From Camelus dromedarius (lineage: Eukaryota), in assembly GCF_036321535.1 (NCBI RefSeq), contig NC_087437.1, forward strand, positions 23,996,001-24,060,000: 64,000 nucleotides of DNA. Reading direction: 5' to 3'. Positions 25,560 to 37,031 of the stretch are shown piece by piece (within the stretch, counting starts at the first letter, position 1; each line of letters starts with the position of its first letter). The notes below the pieces were generated by a model. The model was not told where the DNA came from, did no database searches, and was given only the letters and a program-made list of their open reading frames with translations. Made by a program: the position numbers and the translations under genes.

Positions 25560-26602
25560 TTACTATTATTTCCTAACATAATTAATTCCATTGTTCAACT
25601 TTTGAGTGCAAAATGTTTTTGTATATTTATATCTTCCCATTTGGTCAAATTGTTAGATTATTAGGAAGTGTCCATCTTTATCACCAGTATTGAGGTCAAT
25701 ATCTCACCTTAAAATCTACTTTGATGTTACAGTAACTACATTTTTAGGTATGCATCTATTACAATAGTTACATCTTTGGCTGTATGTGGTCTTTTTTTTT
25801 TTTTTTTTTTTTTGCATCCCGTTAATCATAAACCTTGTATGTCACTATATGTAATGTGTTTGTTGTAACATTACGTAGATTGTTTTTAAGCTCAATCTGG
25901 CAACCTTATTCTTTAATTAGAGGGTTTAGATTTAATGTAATTACTTACATAGTTGGGCTTATTTGTAACTTCTGTCTGATTATTCTCTCTGATTATTTTT
26001 GATTTGGCTTATATGTTTAATTTTTTTTTGCTTTCCTTTGTTGGAGTTAAATGAATATGTATGTTTTATCATTTCATTTTTCCCCTTCTATTAAATTGTC
26101 AGTTATATGTTATCTTTTTACTCTTTATGTAGTTAGCTAGGTTTCAACATGTGTTCTTGTCTTGTACATATGTAAAAAAAAATAAATACTTTTACTATTT
26201 CCTGATACTGCTAGAGTATAAGAACCTTTTTACATATTTTTCCTCTTCCTATCTTCTGTGTTATTGTTGTCATGCATGTTTATTTCATATATGTTTTAAA
26301 CCCAACAAGGTAGTGTACTCATTTTTTGGATAGTGAATAGTCATCTATATTTACCCTTTCTGATGGGTTTAACATTTCCTCCTCTATTTCTACATTTCTT
26401 ACTGAGATTGTATTCTGTTGGCCTGAATAACTTCCCAAATGATTTATTTTAGTGCAAGCTTCTGGGCAACACAGTTCCTCAGTATTTGTCTATAACATAT
26501 TTATTTCACTTTCATTTTTAATTACATTTTCACTGAGGATAGGGTTTTCTTTTTGTTCTGCTCTTTAAAATATAATTTTATTGTTTTCTGGCTTACATAA
26601 TT

Positions 26603-26784
26603 AATTTTTTTTAGTTTTTTAACTGAAGTATAGTTGATGCACAATATTATATAAGTTACAGGTGTACAATTTAGTGATTCACAATTTTGAAAGGTTATAC
26701 TTCATTTATAGCTATTATAAATTTATTGGCTGTATCCCTGTGTTGTACAATATATCCTTGTAGTTTATTTTATGAATAATAGTT
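26603..26784 (-). mobile_element. L1 3' end fragment with perfect 14-bp TSD
   Basis: TSD tggcttacataatt at 26589-26602 and 26785-26798; antisense L1 3'UTR. Confidence 0.92.
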
Positions 26785-28139
26785 TGGCTTACATAATTCC
26801 TTATAAGAAGCTAACTGTCTGTTTTATTGTTGCCCATTCAAGTAGTGAGTCTTTCCTCTCTGCTTTTACATTTTTCCCATTGTTTCAGGATGGTATAATA
26901 AACCTAGGTATGGTTTTCTTGTGTTTATTCAGCTTAGGAATTTTATATATCTTGAATCTGTAAGTTGATATGCTATGCTGTGTCTAAAATCCTGCTAAGT
27001 CTATCCATTGAGTTCTAAATTTCATGTTTCATTAAAAAATTTTAGCATATATGTATATTTTTATAGATTTAAATTATCTCATGAAAATTTACATTTTTAA
27101 TCATTTTACCCATATTCACTATTTCTTTAATGCATTAATTATAATGATTTTATGTACGAATTTATCTACCAACTCCAGTATGTGGATCATCTGCTGTTTT
27201 GCTTCTGTTCTCAATTTTATATCTTCACTGTTGATCTTTTTTCCTCTTCTCTCTTTCTGTCTCTTGTTTTGCCTCTTTGATTGTCTAGTAATTTTTGACT
27301 GAACACCTGATATACTACAAAAAGATACCAGGGATGTTCCAGATGATATGTCTTCCATCAGTGATGGTTACGACTTTCCTCTCTTAGGCAGAGGTTTAGG
27401 GTGTCATCACTTCAATACAATTACAGATTGATCTGAACTAAGGATAGTGGAATTTTTAGGAAAACTGAGTTTACCTTTATTTAGCCCTTTTTGCTAGGTA
27501 GTGAACCCTCCTGAGCTTGTTGTTAGAAGCCTGGCTGTTCTCTGTCTTCTGATTCCTGAAAGACTGTGGAAGATCCAGATCTGGCCCTTATAATTTTACA
27601 GATAATACCTAGTTTTCTAGGTCTTCTTGTGCTACATAGTGTCAAAATTTGGCAAATACGTTGAAAAGGAGACTGATCCCTACATCCACTTCCCTGCAGT
27701 GTCTTTATTTACTAGCACACGAGGTTGTAGGCTTTGCATGTGACTTCGCAGCCTCTTGCCCATGACCAGAAGTCAGTCGATGACTCACGGAGAGAATCTG
27801 TCTTGTTCCAAGGTTCCAATTTAAAGCACCAGCACCTTGAAACCATAAGAGCTTTGGCAGCTTTTCTTTTCCTCTAGTAGAGTATTTTACATGACAAACG
27901 TCCCCGCCAGAAATTTAATTCTAAGACTCACTAAAAGACCTCCAGAAACAGATAAGCTCTGGGTGCAGACAGCTGTCCCGGAACCCAGTGATAAACAAGA
28001 TGATGTTAGTGGCAAACAGCTACTTGGCTTTCTTCCAAGATCTTCAGATCAAGATCCCTGTTCAAGACACTGTAACTAGCTTTTCTTGTTCATACATTTT
28101 TCTCCCACTCCTTGATATATTCTTTCATAACAGACAGTT

Positions 28140-28354
28140 TAAATGGCTATCCTGGTCCCTTTTGGCCTACATTCACTTGAAAATGAATTTGCTGCATGTT
28201 TCTCAAGATATTTGTAATTATCCTCACAGTTCTTGCCTCCCTTTACTATTTAATATCCAGGTGCTTTAATGTTACCACACAGCTCTCTTCCCTGGCTAAC
28301 ACCCAGCTGATAATATTACTTCAAAATGAAAACAAGGTCTCATGTCATGGTTAA
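28140..28354 (+). pseudogene. ERV env TM-anchor and cytoplasmic tail remnant
   Basis: KWLSW, then in another frame MFLKIFVIILTVLASLYYLISRCFNVTTQ...TQLIILLQ; lies immediately upstream of the 3' LTR. Confidence 0.55.
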
Positions 28355-28378
28355 CCTCTTTCTTCTGAGAGTAGAGAC

Positions 28379-28772
28379 TGAATTAAATAGTTACAACATA
28401 GTCCTAATTGGAAATAGGTACAGATCTGGGCTGAATAAAGTAGACGCATGAAAAGAAGGCAATAGCAGCTTTCGCATTGAGAAGAGGACATCACTTTTAT
28501 TTCAAGGCAAAACTGCAAGGCTTTCTTGGAAACTCACAAATAACTAAAAATGCCTCTCCTGATAACTTAGCCTCTTCAAGGGCAAAGTGTTTTCTCAATA
28601 GCTTTCCATCAATCAGCATACCTGAGAGGGAAAGACTATAGAATACAGTGTCTAGAATATCTGTGGATTTAGTTCTTATAAACATTGATTATGTTTTTGT
28701 TTGGAGAGACAGTCTACATGATATGGGTAAACTTAGGTTGTGTTCTAATGTCTTGAAAAATATTTTTTGAAA
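28379..28772 (+). mobile_element. 3' LTR of the ancient ERV1
   Basis: Colinear matches to the 5' LTR: agaaggcaatagcagctttcgcat vs agaaggcactagtggctatctcat; aactaaaaatgcctctcctgataac vs aaccaaaatggcctcccctgacaac; tatctgtggatttag vs tatctgtggttttg; preceded by the purine-rich gagagtagagac (decayed PPT?). Confidence 0.75.
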
Positions 28773-28789
28773 TTAGTTTAGTTTTAAAT

Positions 28790-28925
28790 TTCATCATAGA
28801 ATGTAAACTGAGAAAACAGAGAATAAGATTATCTTGTTAACTATTTTATGCCCGGTGCTTAGAATAAATCCTAACACATGATATATGCTAAGTAAGTATT
28901 TGTCAAATTAATAAATAAAGATATG
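28790..28925 (+). mobile_element. L2 3' terminus (continuation of 18985-20120)
   Basis: 'tagaatgtaaact...cccggtgcttagaataaatcctaacacatga...taagtatttgtcaaattaataaataaa'. Confidence 0.75.
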
Positions 28926-29712
28926 AATTAACATGCAATACAATCTCAGAGAATTCACTTAAATTTTTCTGACATGAACAATCAAAGAACTGGACTTGGT
29001 ATTTTGTAATTGTTTCTCCAATTATAAAAAATATATATTTTATGACACGCTGCCATGAAATTTCATGGCTTTTTAAAGGTATTCAAATCCAGACTTTTCA
29101 CACTCATGAATATCTTCTTCCCTTCTATACCTTCAGAATTTAACTTGAGAAAAAATTTGACTAAAGATAATCTGCATATACTACATGTTAACAATATTTA
29201 ATTACACTCACATTCTTAATAATTGCCTGTTGTAGTTCCTGTAATAGAGGAGCTGCTAATATGAGTAGTTACATTTTTATTGGTAACAATTAACCACCAT
29301 GTGACTCCTTGCTCCACCATGAGCCATTGGTCATTCAAAAGCCATAATTTAACCTTTTTCTCCAAAGAGAATAATTCATGAAGTCAAATGTACAAATTTT
29401 GATATGACAAATACCTATAAGAGTTTTCTTCTATAATTACAGTTGACTTTTAAACAATGTGGGGGTTAGGGTTGCCAACTCCCCATGCAGTTGAAAATCC
29501 ATGTATAACTTTTGACACGCCAAGATCTTAACTGCTAATAGCCTAGTATTGCCTGGAAGCCTTACAGATAAGGTAAAAAGTCAGTTAAAATGTTTGTTAT
29601 TTGTTTTATGTATGTTATATATAATAAAATATATAAATTTATGTATATTATGTTCTGTGTTCTTATAATAAAGTAAGTTAGAGAAAAGAAAATGTTATTA
29701 AGAAAATTATAA

Positions 29713-29748
29713 GGAAGGCAGCTACGCTCACCACTATACCACCAACGC
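29713..29748 (-). pseudogene. Tailless retropseudogene of the tRNA-Gly(TCC) 5' half
   Basis: Reverse complement gcgttggtggtatagtggtgagcgtagctgccttcc matches the first 36 nt of tRNA-Gly(TCC), with 1 mismatch to the recalled sequence; 17-bp TSD aagaaaattataaggaa at 29700-29716 and 29749-29765. Confidence 0.92.
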
Positions 29749-30495
29749 AAGAAAATTATAAGGAATAGAAAATACACTTAGTCCTGTACTTTATTGGTTT
29801 ACATTGTCAGTTTATAGGATGAATCATCTGTCTGTCAGTACTTAAATCAATATTGTCTTACATGATACAAAACACTGTAGAGATTAAATATATTACTAAT
29901 ACTAGACACCAAAAATGAAAAGGTAATGTGAAAATGAAATTTGTATCTATTTACAGGTATAACAATTCATGCATTGATAACAAACAGCAGTATAATTGTT
30001 TTATGGTAGCCTAGTGTAATCAAAACAATTGCTTCAAGGTAGCCTAACCTATACATTAGTGAATGAATTGTTATACAGTTTTCTGTCATACAGTATTATA
30101 ATCATATTTAACATACAGCATTGGAAACATTGTTACTTTATTTTTAAACCATTTACCTATGATGATAGCCTAGTACACAGTTTCTCCAATTACGAGAGAG
30201 AGGGGCATACTATACAGTAATTAATTATTTGAAAGTAAAGTTATAAAACAGTAAGAAAACGAACACATTATTAATTTTATATTAAGCATTATTTACTTTA
30301 TAGCTATGTAAGGATGGGCTATCCGCTTCAATAAAAGTCTTGCACACAGTGTTCTATGCGATGAACACTTAGGTGATGATGATGATGGTACAAAAACAGT
30401 TCAGACTGTTCTTGATGTACAGTTATTAGATTTTGACATGAAGACACACACATACACAACAGCTAAGTTTACTAAGTGTGCAGCATAATGATTTG

Positions 30496-32341
30496 CTATT
30501 CATCAGGTGGACATGGGTCATCAGAAAGGTCTTCATCCTTGTCATCTTCACGTTGACGAGGCTTAGGAGGAGGAGGTAGAGGAAGGGTTGTTCTTACTGT
30601 CTCAGGAGTGGCAGGGGTGGAAGAGGGGAGGCAGGAGAGGCAGGTACACTCAGTGGAGCTGTAAGGCAATGCATTGTAACTTCTGTCTGATTATTTTACT
30701 TATTAATTTCTCTAAAAATGTTTCTTTATGTACCAATCCTCTTCTACCATTTACTTTAGTTTCATATAATAGAAAGGTCCATGTTGTAAAAGAAGTAAAA
30801 GCTAGTCTTGAATAATTGGAACCCTTCTGCCAGATTGTCTAATGTCAATTTGTTTTCTGGTACAGCTTCTACGTCTCCCTCCTCATCATCTGGCACTGGT
30901 TCAGAATCACTCATCTCTATTAAGTTGTCTTCTGTTAATTCCTGTGATGTGGTGTCTGTTAGATCTTGAATTTCTCCAAGATCTATATCTTGAAATCTTT
31001 CATCCTTCACCTTTTTTTTTGCGGGGGGTGGGGGGTGGTATATCCACAATCTCTTTCATGGTTTTCTTGATTGGCATTGTTGTAAATCCTGTGACATTAT
31101 GTACAAAATCTGGACACAGTTTTCTCCAGCAGAAATTTAATGTTTCAGGCTTGATGGCTTTCACTACTTTTGTTCTTGTTTTATAGCAGTGATGGCATCT
31201 TCAATGGTGTAATCCTTCCAGACGTTCATGATGGTCTGTCTGTCAATACTCTCTTCCGTATTGTTGCCAGTCCTTTCCGTAGAGAGCCATGTGTAATGAG
31301 CCTTAACAGTCCTTATGATCCCCTGATCTAGAGGCTGAACTGGGGGCAAGCAGGCCACTTGGACACCCTCACTGTTGAACTCATAAAGTTCTGGGCTGGC
31401 CAGGGAACTTGTCCAGCATCACAAGCACTGTAAAAGGTAGGCACTTATTGGCAGGGGACTTCCTGACTTTAGGAACAAATCATCAATGGAACAAATCCAG
31501 GAAAAGTGTTCTCATTGTCCAGGCCTTCTTGTACAACCAAAAGACTGGCAATTCGTGTTTATTTTTTCCCTTCAAGGCTCAGGGCTTAGCAGCTTTATAG
31601 ATAAAGGTAGTCTTGGTCATAACTGCATTTTCACAAAATAGTCGAGTTAACCTATTCCTTCCTGCCTTAAATCCTGGTGCTCCCTTTCTCTCGTTACTAA
31701 TAAATATTTTGTATGGCATTTTTTCCCCCCAGAATATGGCACTTTCTTCTACATTAAAAACCTGTTCATGCAGATAGCCTTTCTCCTCGGTGATTTTCTT
31801 AATGGCATCTGGGAACTTGTCTGCTGCCACTTGGTTGGCAGAAGCTGTTTGCCTGTTGTCTAGACCTTTTTTTAAGCCAAGCGCCTCTTTCTAAAATTAT
31901 CAAACCATCCTTTGCTGGCATTAAATTCCCCAGATTTAGATCCTTCACCTTCATTTGGCTTGAAGTTGTCATATAATGACTTCTTTTTTTCTCATATCAT
32001 ATTGGAGTCGACAAGGACGCCTTTCTTACTAGCAATCCTACACCCACATAAAAGCTACATTTTCAATAAGATGATAAAAAAAGGATTTCACAAAAAGTGC
32101 AAGGTTTTTGTGCCTGCTGGCATAGCTGCAGCAATGGCTTCAGGGAATTCCTTTTTTTTTTTTTTCGAACTGTGGTTCCTATGTTGGATTCATTTAACTT
32201 GAGATGGAGGGCAACCGAAGCTGCAGACCTCAATCTATGACACATATCAAGCAATTCAACTTTTTCTTATAATGTCATGACTTTTCTCTGCTTCTTGGGG
32301 GCACTTCTAGAATCACTTGTGGTACCTTGTGTATGTCCCAT
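30496..32341 (-). pseudogene. Disrupted Tigger2 transposase (HTH/CENP-B-type DNA-binding domain plus DDE_1 domain)
   Basis: MGHTQG...APKKQRKVMTL* (stop at codon 25); LDMCHRLRSAASVA; EKGYLHEQVFNVEESAIFW; GFKAGRNRLT; VMLDKFPGQP; QPLDQGIIRTVKAHYT; acidic C-terminus; several frameshifts. Confidence 0.93.
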
Positions 32342-34389
32342 GGTGTTATTCAAGGTTTATGGTATTGCACTAAAGACTATAAGAAATACACACAAACTGC
32401 AAGAGATCACTTTTTACTGCAATAAGCAATTGGTTGGAGAGACAGACTGCTCATGTGGAGGTGATTAGCATCACACAGAATTTTTAAGTGGATACTTGCA
32501 ACATTTGAGCTCACCACAATAGAAATAGGAGGTGACTGAAATTATGACAGTAGTACAGTATGTACTATAGCTAATTTCATGCAGTCATGATTTATGACTG
32601 CATTGTTGCATTTTTTTACATTTCTCTTGACTATGAATGGAGTAATGTCTGGTCTGTAATGTTCATGTTTGTAAGTTATGATAAATTTTAACTTTTCACA
32701 ATAGGTTTGTGTAGATTTTATAGTAATAAATGATAAAACAGGCTATAATCTACATATATTTTATGCATTCATAACATATCCTACTTTCCCTTAGTTTTTT
32801 AAAAATATTTCTAGCCTCTGTGGTGTGTCTCTGAGTTTTTTTTTAATTGTTGAAAATCTCCCCAAATTTCCCAATGTTTATTGAAAAAAAAACCTGTACA
32901 TAAGTGGATCCACATAGTTCATACCTGTGTTGTTCAAGGTCAATTGTATTGTAATATATATTATGATGGGGAAACATATAGCATCTAGAATGTATTGGTT
33001 GTTCTGACAAAAAATTATGGAAGTCATGTATATGTATTCATATAACAGACAAGATTGATGGAATTTCTTGAACTAAAGTAGTTCAGGAAAGAAAACCTAT
33101 TATTAATTGGTAAGTTTTAAACAAATGCATGCCGTTAAAGTGTTGAATCTTCTGTGTTGTTAGGGAGAGCATAACTCAGACTTGAAAGATTTCTAGTATT
33201 CTACGAAGGATACACACAACAATCAGCAATATGAACGCAGCTTCAGTGAAGAACAAAAGAAACCGTCTTGGTTGAGCTAATTAGAGATTATACTAATACC
33301 TCTAGTTCAAAGCCAATGAGAATTAGAAGACAGGGTCAGAGAAATAGACTGGCATTTCTGCTGAGTTTTTTTTTATGTTTTGTGACAAAAATCATTCTGA
33401 AACCATATAAATTCAAATTAACAATTTAATTAAACTCTGTTATGCATTCCCCAATCTTATGCAGCTAAGAGATTTAGACTTCACATAGAAGATAATATAT
33501 TAATATATAAGTCTAAGTTTATAGACCTATGTAAAAAAAAATTAATAGCCAACTCATTTTTCCACATAGTATTAGCTGTTAGCTAGGAAAAATACATATA
33601 AAATCAGAATCAAATTTCATGTTTCATATAATTTTTGTTTAATTAAGAAAATTCTAGTGGATATAGTTTGGTAGCTTAGCATCATCAGGTTTTAAACAGA
33701 TGTCCTCACAATTAGCATCTATAGTAATTTATTCCCATGAATGATAGTCTAACTCTTATGCAACCTTCATTTTTTTTTTTTTATAAGTAAGAGACCAAAA
33801 TATATTTCTCCTTTGCCTTTATCTGGCTTGTGTTTGTCACAAAACATCTCCTCCTCTTTCTCTTTGGCTCATGCTTCATCACAAAATTTTTAATTTATAA
33901 AGTGAAAATGGTTTATTCATCTATGGAATGTGTAAAGATAAAATTTGGGGAAACAATGCAATGCAAGAAACAATAAAGGATAGAGTCAGTGATAATAGAA
34001 GTGTCCACTGATTTTGTTTCTCTTTGGAAATTCATGAAATCTCTAGTGATAGTCTGACAGCAGACCCTGTTTCTCTGTGAAGATGCTCGCTAAAGCCAGG
34101 AGTTTAGGTGCAGGGAATGCCAGTGCGGTCTTCGAAGGACCAGTCTGACATCACAAGGATGTCCACACTAATCCTGTATTAACCAGACATCTGGCAATTT
34201 TTATTGACTGACTAATCTGAGGTCCTTTTTAGGCTGGGCATTTGTGGAGGGGGATAGAGGGGAATAAAGCACCACTCATCTACTTGAGTACACACCATAC
34301 ACAAGCAAACACTAACTTCAGTAGATGATAGAACTGTGAGTGAAATCTCTTCAGACTTGAGGCAGTGTTCAGAGTTCTCTGCAAGTTGT

Positions 34390-35020
34390 CTGCACATAGG
34401 AAATTGACAAAGGAATCCCTTGCTTGCGAATCAGGTCTTTGGCTTGAATAACTTGGTAAATGATGGTGCCAATTACTGAGGTGATAAAATAAAGGGAACA
34501 ATATCATGAGTAAGTTTTTGGACATATAGTGTTCGCAGTGCATTGGAGACTCCATGAGATGTCCAGGAAGGAACTGAATACATGTGTTTGAAACACAGTG
34601 GAGAGATTTATTTTGAAGTTTGGCTGCAGTATGGATCATAGCTTAAGTCATGGGAATGGTTGAAATTGTCCAGGAAATGACAAAAAGAGGAAAAAGAAAA
34701 GAAAGTATTGTAGAATTCCATCATTTAAAGATGTGGTAGCAAAAGGAGATGTAAGGAGACTGAAAAAAACAGGATGCAGCTGTAAAGAAAACTAGGAGCA
34801 TACAGTGCCAGAGAAAATTAAGAGTAGAGTGTTTCAAGCGGGAAAGAGAGGTCAGTAGTGCATAATGCTGTCAGGAGTTCAAATAAGATAAATAATGAAC
34901 TCTGTCCATTTGATATAAAATGGCAGTCTAAGCTAAAGTTGCCCCCAAAGATATACAGGAGTAGAAGCAAAACTTGCAGGGGTTGAGATGTGTACTATGA
35001 GGAAACTGAGGCAATAAATT
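34390..35020 (-). mobile_element. L2 LINE fragment (continues at about 35560-35800 after an L1 insertion)
   Basis: 'ggtctttggcttgaataacttggtaaatgatggtgccaattactgagg...ttttggacat', 'gtggagagatttattttgaagt'. Confidence 0.85.
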
Positions 35021-35559
35021 TAGATGACTGGATACAGATGATGTGGTATATATATTCAATGGAATACTATTCAGCCATATAAAAGAATAAAATAATGCCA
35101 TTTGGAGCAACATGGATGGACCCAGAGATCACCATACTAAGTGAAGTAAGCCAGAAAGAGAAAGAAAAATATCACATGATGTCACTTATATGTGGAATCT
35201 AAAAAAAAAAATGACATAAATGAACTTATTTACAAAACAGAAACACTATCACAGACACAGAGAACAAGCTTATACACACAACAGGGGGGAAAGAAGGGAG
35301 TGGAGGGGTAAATTAGGAGTCTGGGATTAGCAAATACTAACTACTATATAAAAAATAGGTAGACAACAAGGTCCTACTGTATAGCACAGGGAACTATATG
35401 AAATATGTTGTAATAGCTTATAATGAAAAAGAATGTGAAAAGGAATATATATATATGTGTGTATATGTGTTTTATATATATATATAAAACTGAACCACTA
35501 TGCTGTATACCAGAAACTAACACAACATTGAAAACTGAATATACTTCAATTTAAAAAAA
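35021..35559 (+). mobile_element. Lineage-specific L1 ORF2 end and 3'UTR
   Basis: 'atggaatactattcagccat...gccatttggagcaacatggatggac...gtcctactgtatagcacagggaactat...tacttcaatttaaaaaaa'. Confidence 0.95.
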
Positions 35560-36299
35560 GTTTTTGCTAAAGAGAGTTTGGGTTTGCCTTGGACTAGTAT
35601 GAGGGTTTTAATGAGTGATTTTTAAGTCGGGATCTTGAGTAGATGAAAATGAGCAGTATCCAAATAATACACAGGATTTTGTTTTTAATCAACTTAAGAC
35701 ACGGGGTCATCAAAAATGGAGGTTTCCTTAGAAAAGGCAAAAGAGGATGGAATAAAAGAAGAATGGGGGAATTGCCTTTAGGACAAGAAGCGTTTGTCCT
35801 TTAGTAACAAGGGAAAGAAATACTGGGTGCATATAGAGCAGCAGTTCTCAATTCTGCCTGCAATACTTAGTGACATTTTCCCTCTCAAGAAATTGTAAAA
35901 TCCAGGTAAAATGACCAAGTCCTCAACTGCAAAATTAGTCTGAGGGTGTAGAAGAGGGACTAATGAGAGTGTAGGTGGTAGAAGTAGAGTTTGATGATCA
36001 AGTGGATTCATGTTCATAATATTAAATAAGCAGGAAAGGTTCATTTTGGCAAACACTATACTCTGGCCTAGATGAGCACAAGTCTTCAAATCAATGCTCA
36101 AGTTGAAACTTCTTGGCATGGAACGCAAGGCCATTTATAGAATGCCCCTTCCTCAGTTTCCCTTTTATTCTCCTTCATTCCTAGACTCTTTCTGTGTTCT
36201 AGTCATACGGACTTCTTTGCTGTCCCGTTCATACACTACGCTTTACCATGGTTTATTATCATCTCCCTTTTAAATCATCTCTGATTCCTTACCCTTATT

Positions 36300-36450
36300 C
36301 ATTTTGACTTAGGGCAAGTTACTGAGTCTCTCCATGTCTTTATTTATAAAATACTACATAAAGATTGCTGAGGATTAAAAAGGACGGCATATGTAGAACA
36401 TTTTGGGAAGAGAACCTAGCACACAAGTGTTTCATAAGTGATAGTTTTTA
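36300..36450 (+). mobile_element. MIR fragment
   Basis: 'tgacttagggcaagttactgagtctctcc...gattgctgaggattaaa...cctagcacaca'. Confidence 0.75.
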
Positions 36451-36747
36451 GGTCTGCTTTAAACATCTGATGTAAGTTTACCCAAATCAGTGCTACTTTT
36501 GATCTTCAAGCACTGTTTGCATAACATACAATCTCCATGGCAGAGACTTGTCACTGACTGGACGGGATTCATTTCCACCTCTAACCACCCAGTGCCTGGT
36601 AAGTTTTCTTAAATCTATCTCTTTCTCCTTCTCTTTCTCTCTCTAATAGTTTCCTTTTCTCATTCTCATTCTCTGTCACTATCTCTGTGTGTTTATAATG
36701 ATGATATAAAATGAATATATATGTGTACTTTTATTATTAAAAGTCTC

Positions 36748-37031
36748 AAACAGACTCACAGACTTATGGTTACCGGCGGGGCAAGGGGTGGGAAGGGTTA
36801 GATTGGGAGTTTGAGACTTGCAGATACTGACTACTATGTATAAAATAGATAAACAACAAGTTTATACTGTATAGCACAGGGAACTATATTCAATATCTTA
36901 TAATAACCTAATACACTATAATGAAAAAGAATATGAAAGTGAATATATGTGTATATGGATGACTGAACTATTATGCTGTACACGAGCAATTGATACAGCA
37001 TTGTAAACTGACTATACTTCAATTTAAATAA
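36748..37031 (+). mobile_element. Lineage-specific L1 3'UTR fragment
   Basis: 'aaacagactcacagacttatggttacc...aacaacaagtttatactgtatagcacagggaactatattcaatatc...gactatacttcaatttaaa'. Confidence 0.95.

Larger units (their letters stand above)
21255..27500 (-). mobile_element. Stack of nested old antisense L1 pieces (L1ME-like body, with an L1MC/MD-like insertion at about 21695-22920)
   Basis: Continuous antisense L1 ORF2/ORF1 signatures; 3' end 'gagtagttttaggttcacagcaaaactgaggggaaagtacagagattccc' at about 21720. Confidence 0.85.
29440..32946 (-). mobile_element. Full-length Tigger2-family (likely Tigger2f-like) TcMar/pogo DNA transposon
   Basis: TIRs cagttgacttttaaacaa and ttgttcaaggtcaattg, TA target duplications at 29438-39 and 32947-48, internal transposase remnant, ~3.5 kb. 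Confidence 0.95.

Noticed and set aside
29713..29748. Functional tRNA-Gly gene
   Set aside because: Only the 5' half is present, with no B box, T arm or 3' acceptor strand
30496..32341. Domesticated TIGD/CENP-B-like gene
   Set aside because: Early stop, frameshifts and retained TIRs indicate a neutrally decaying transposon
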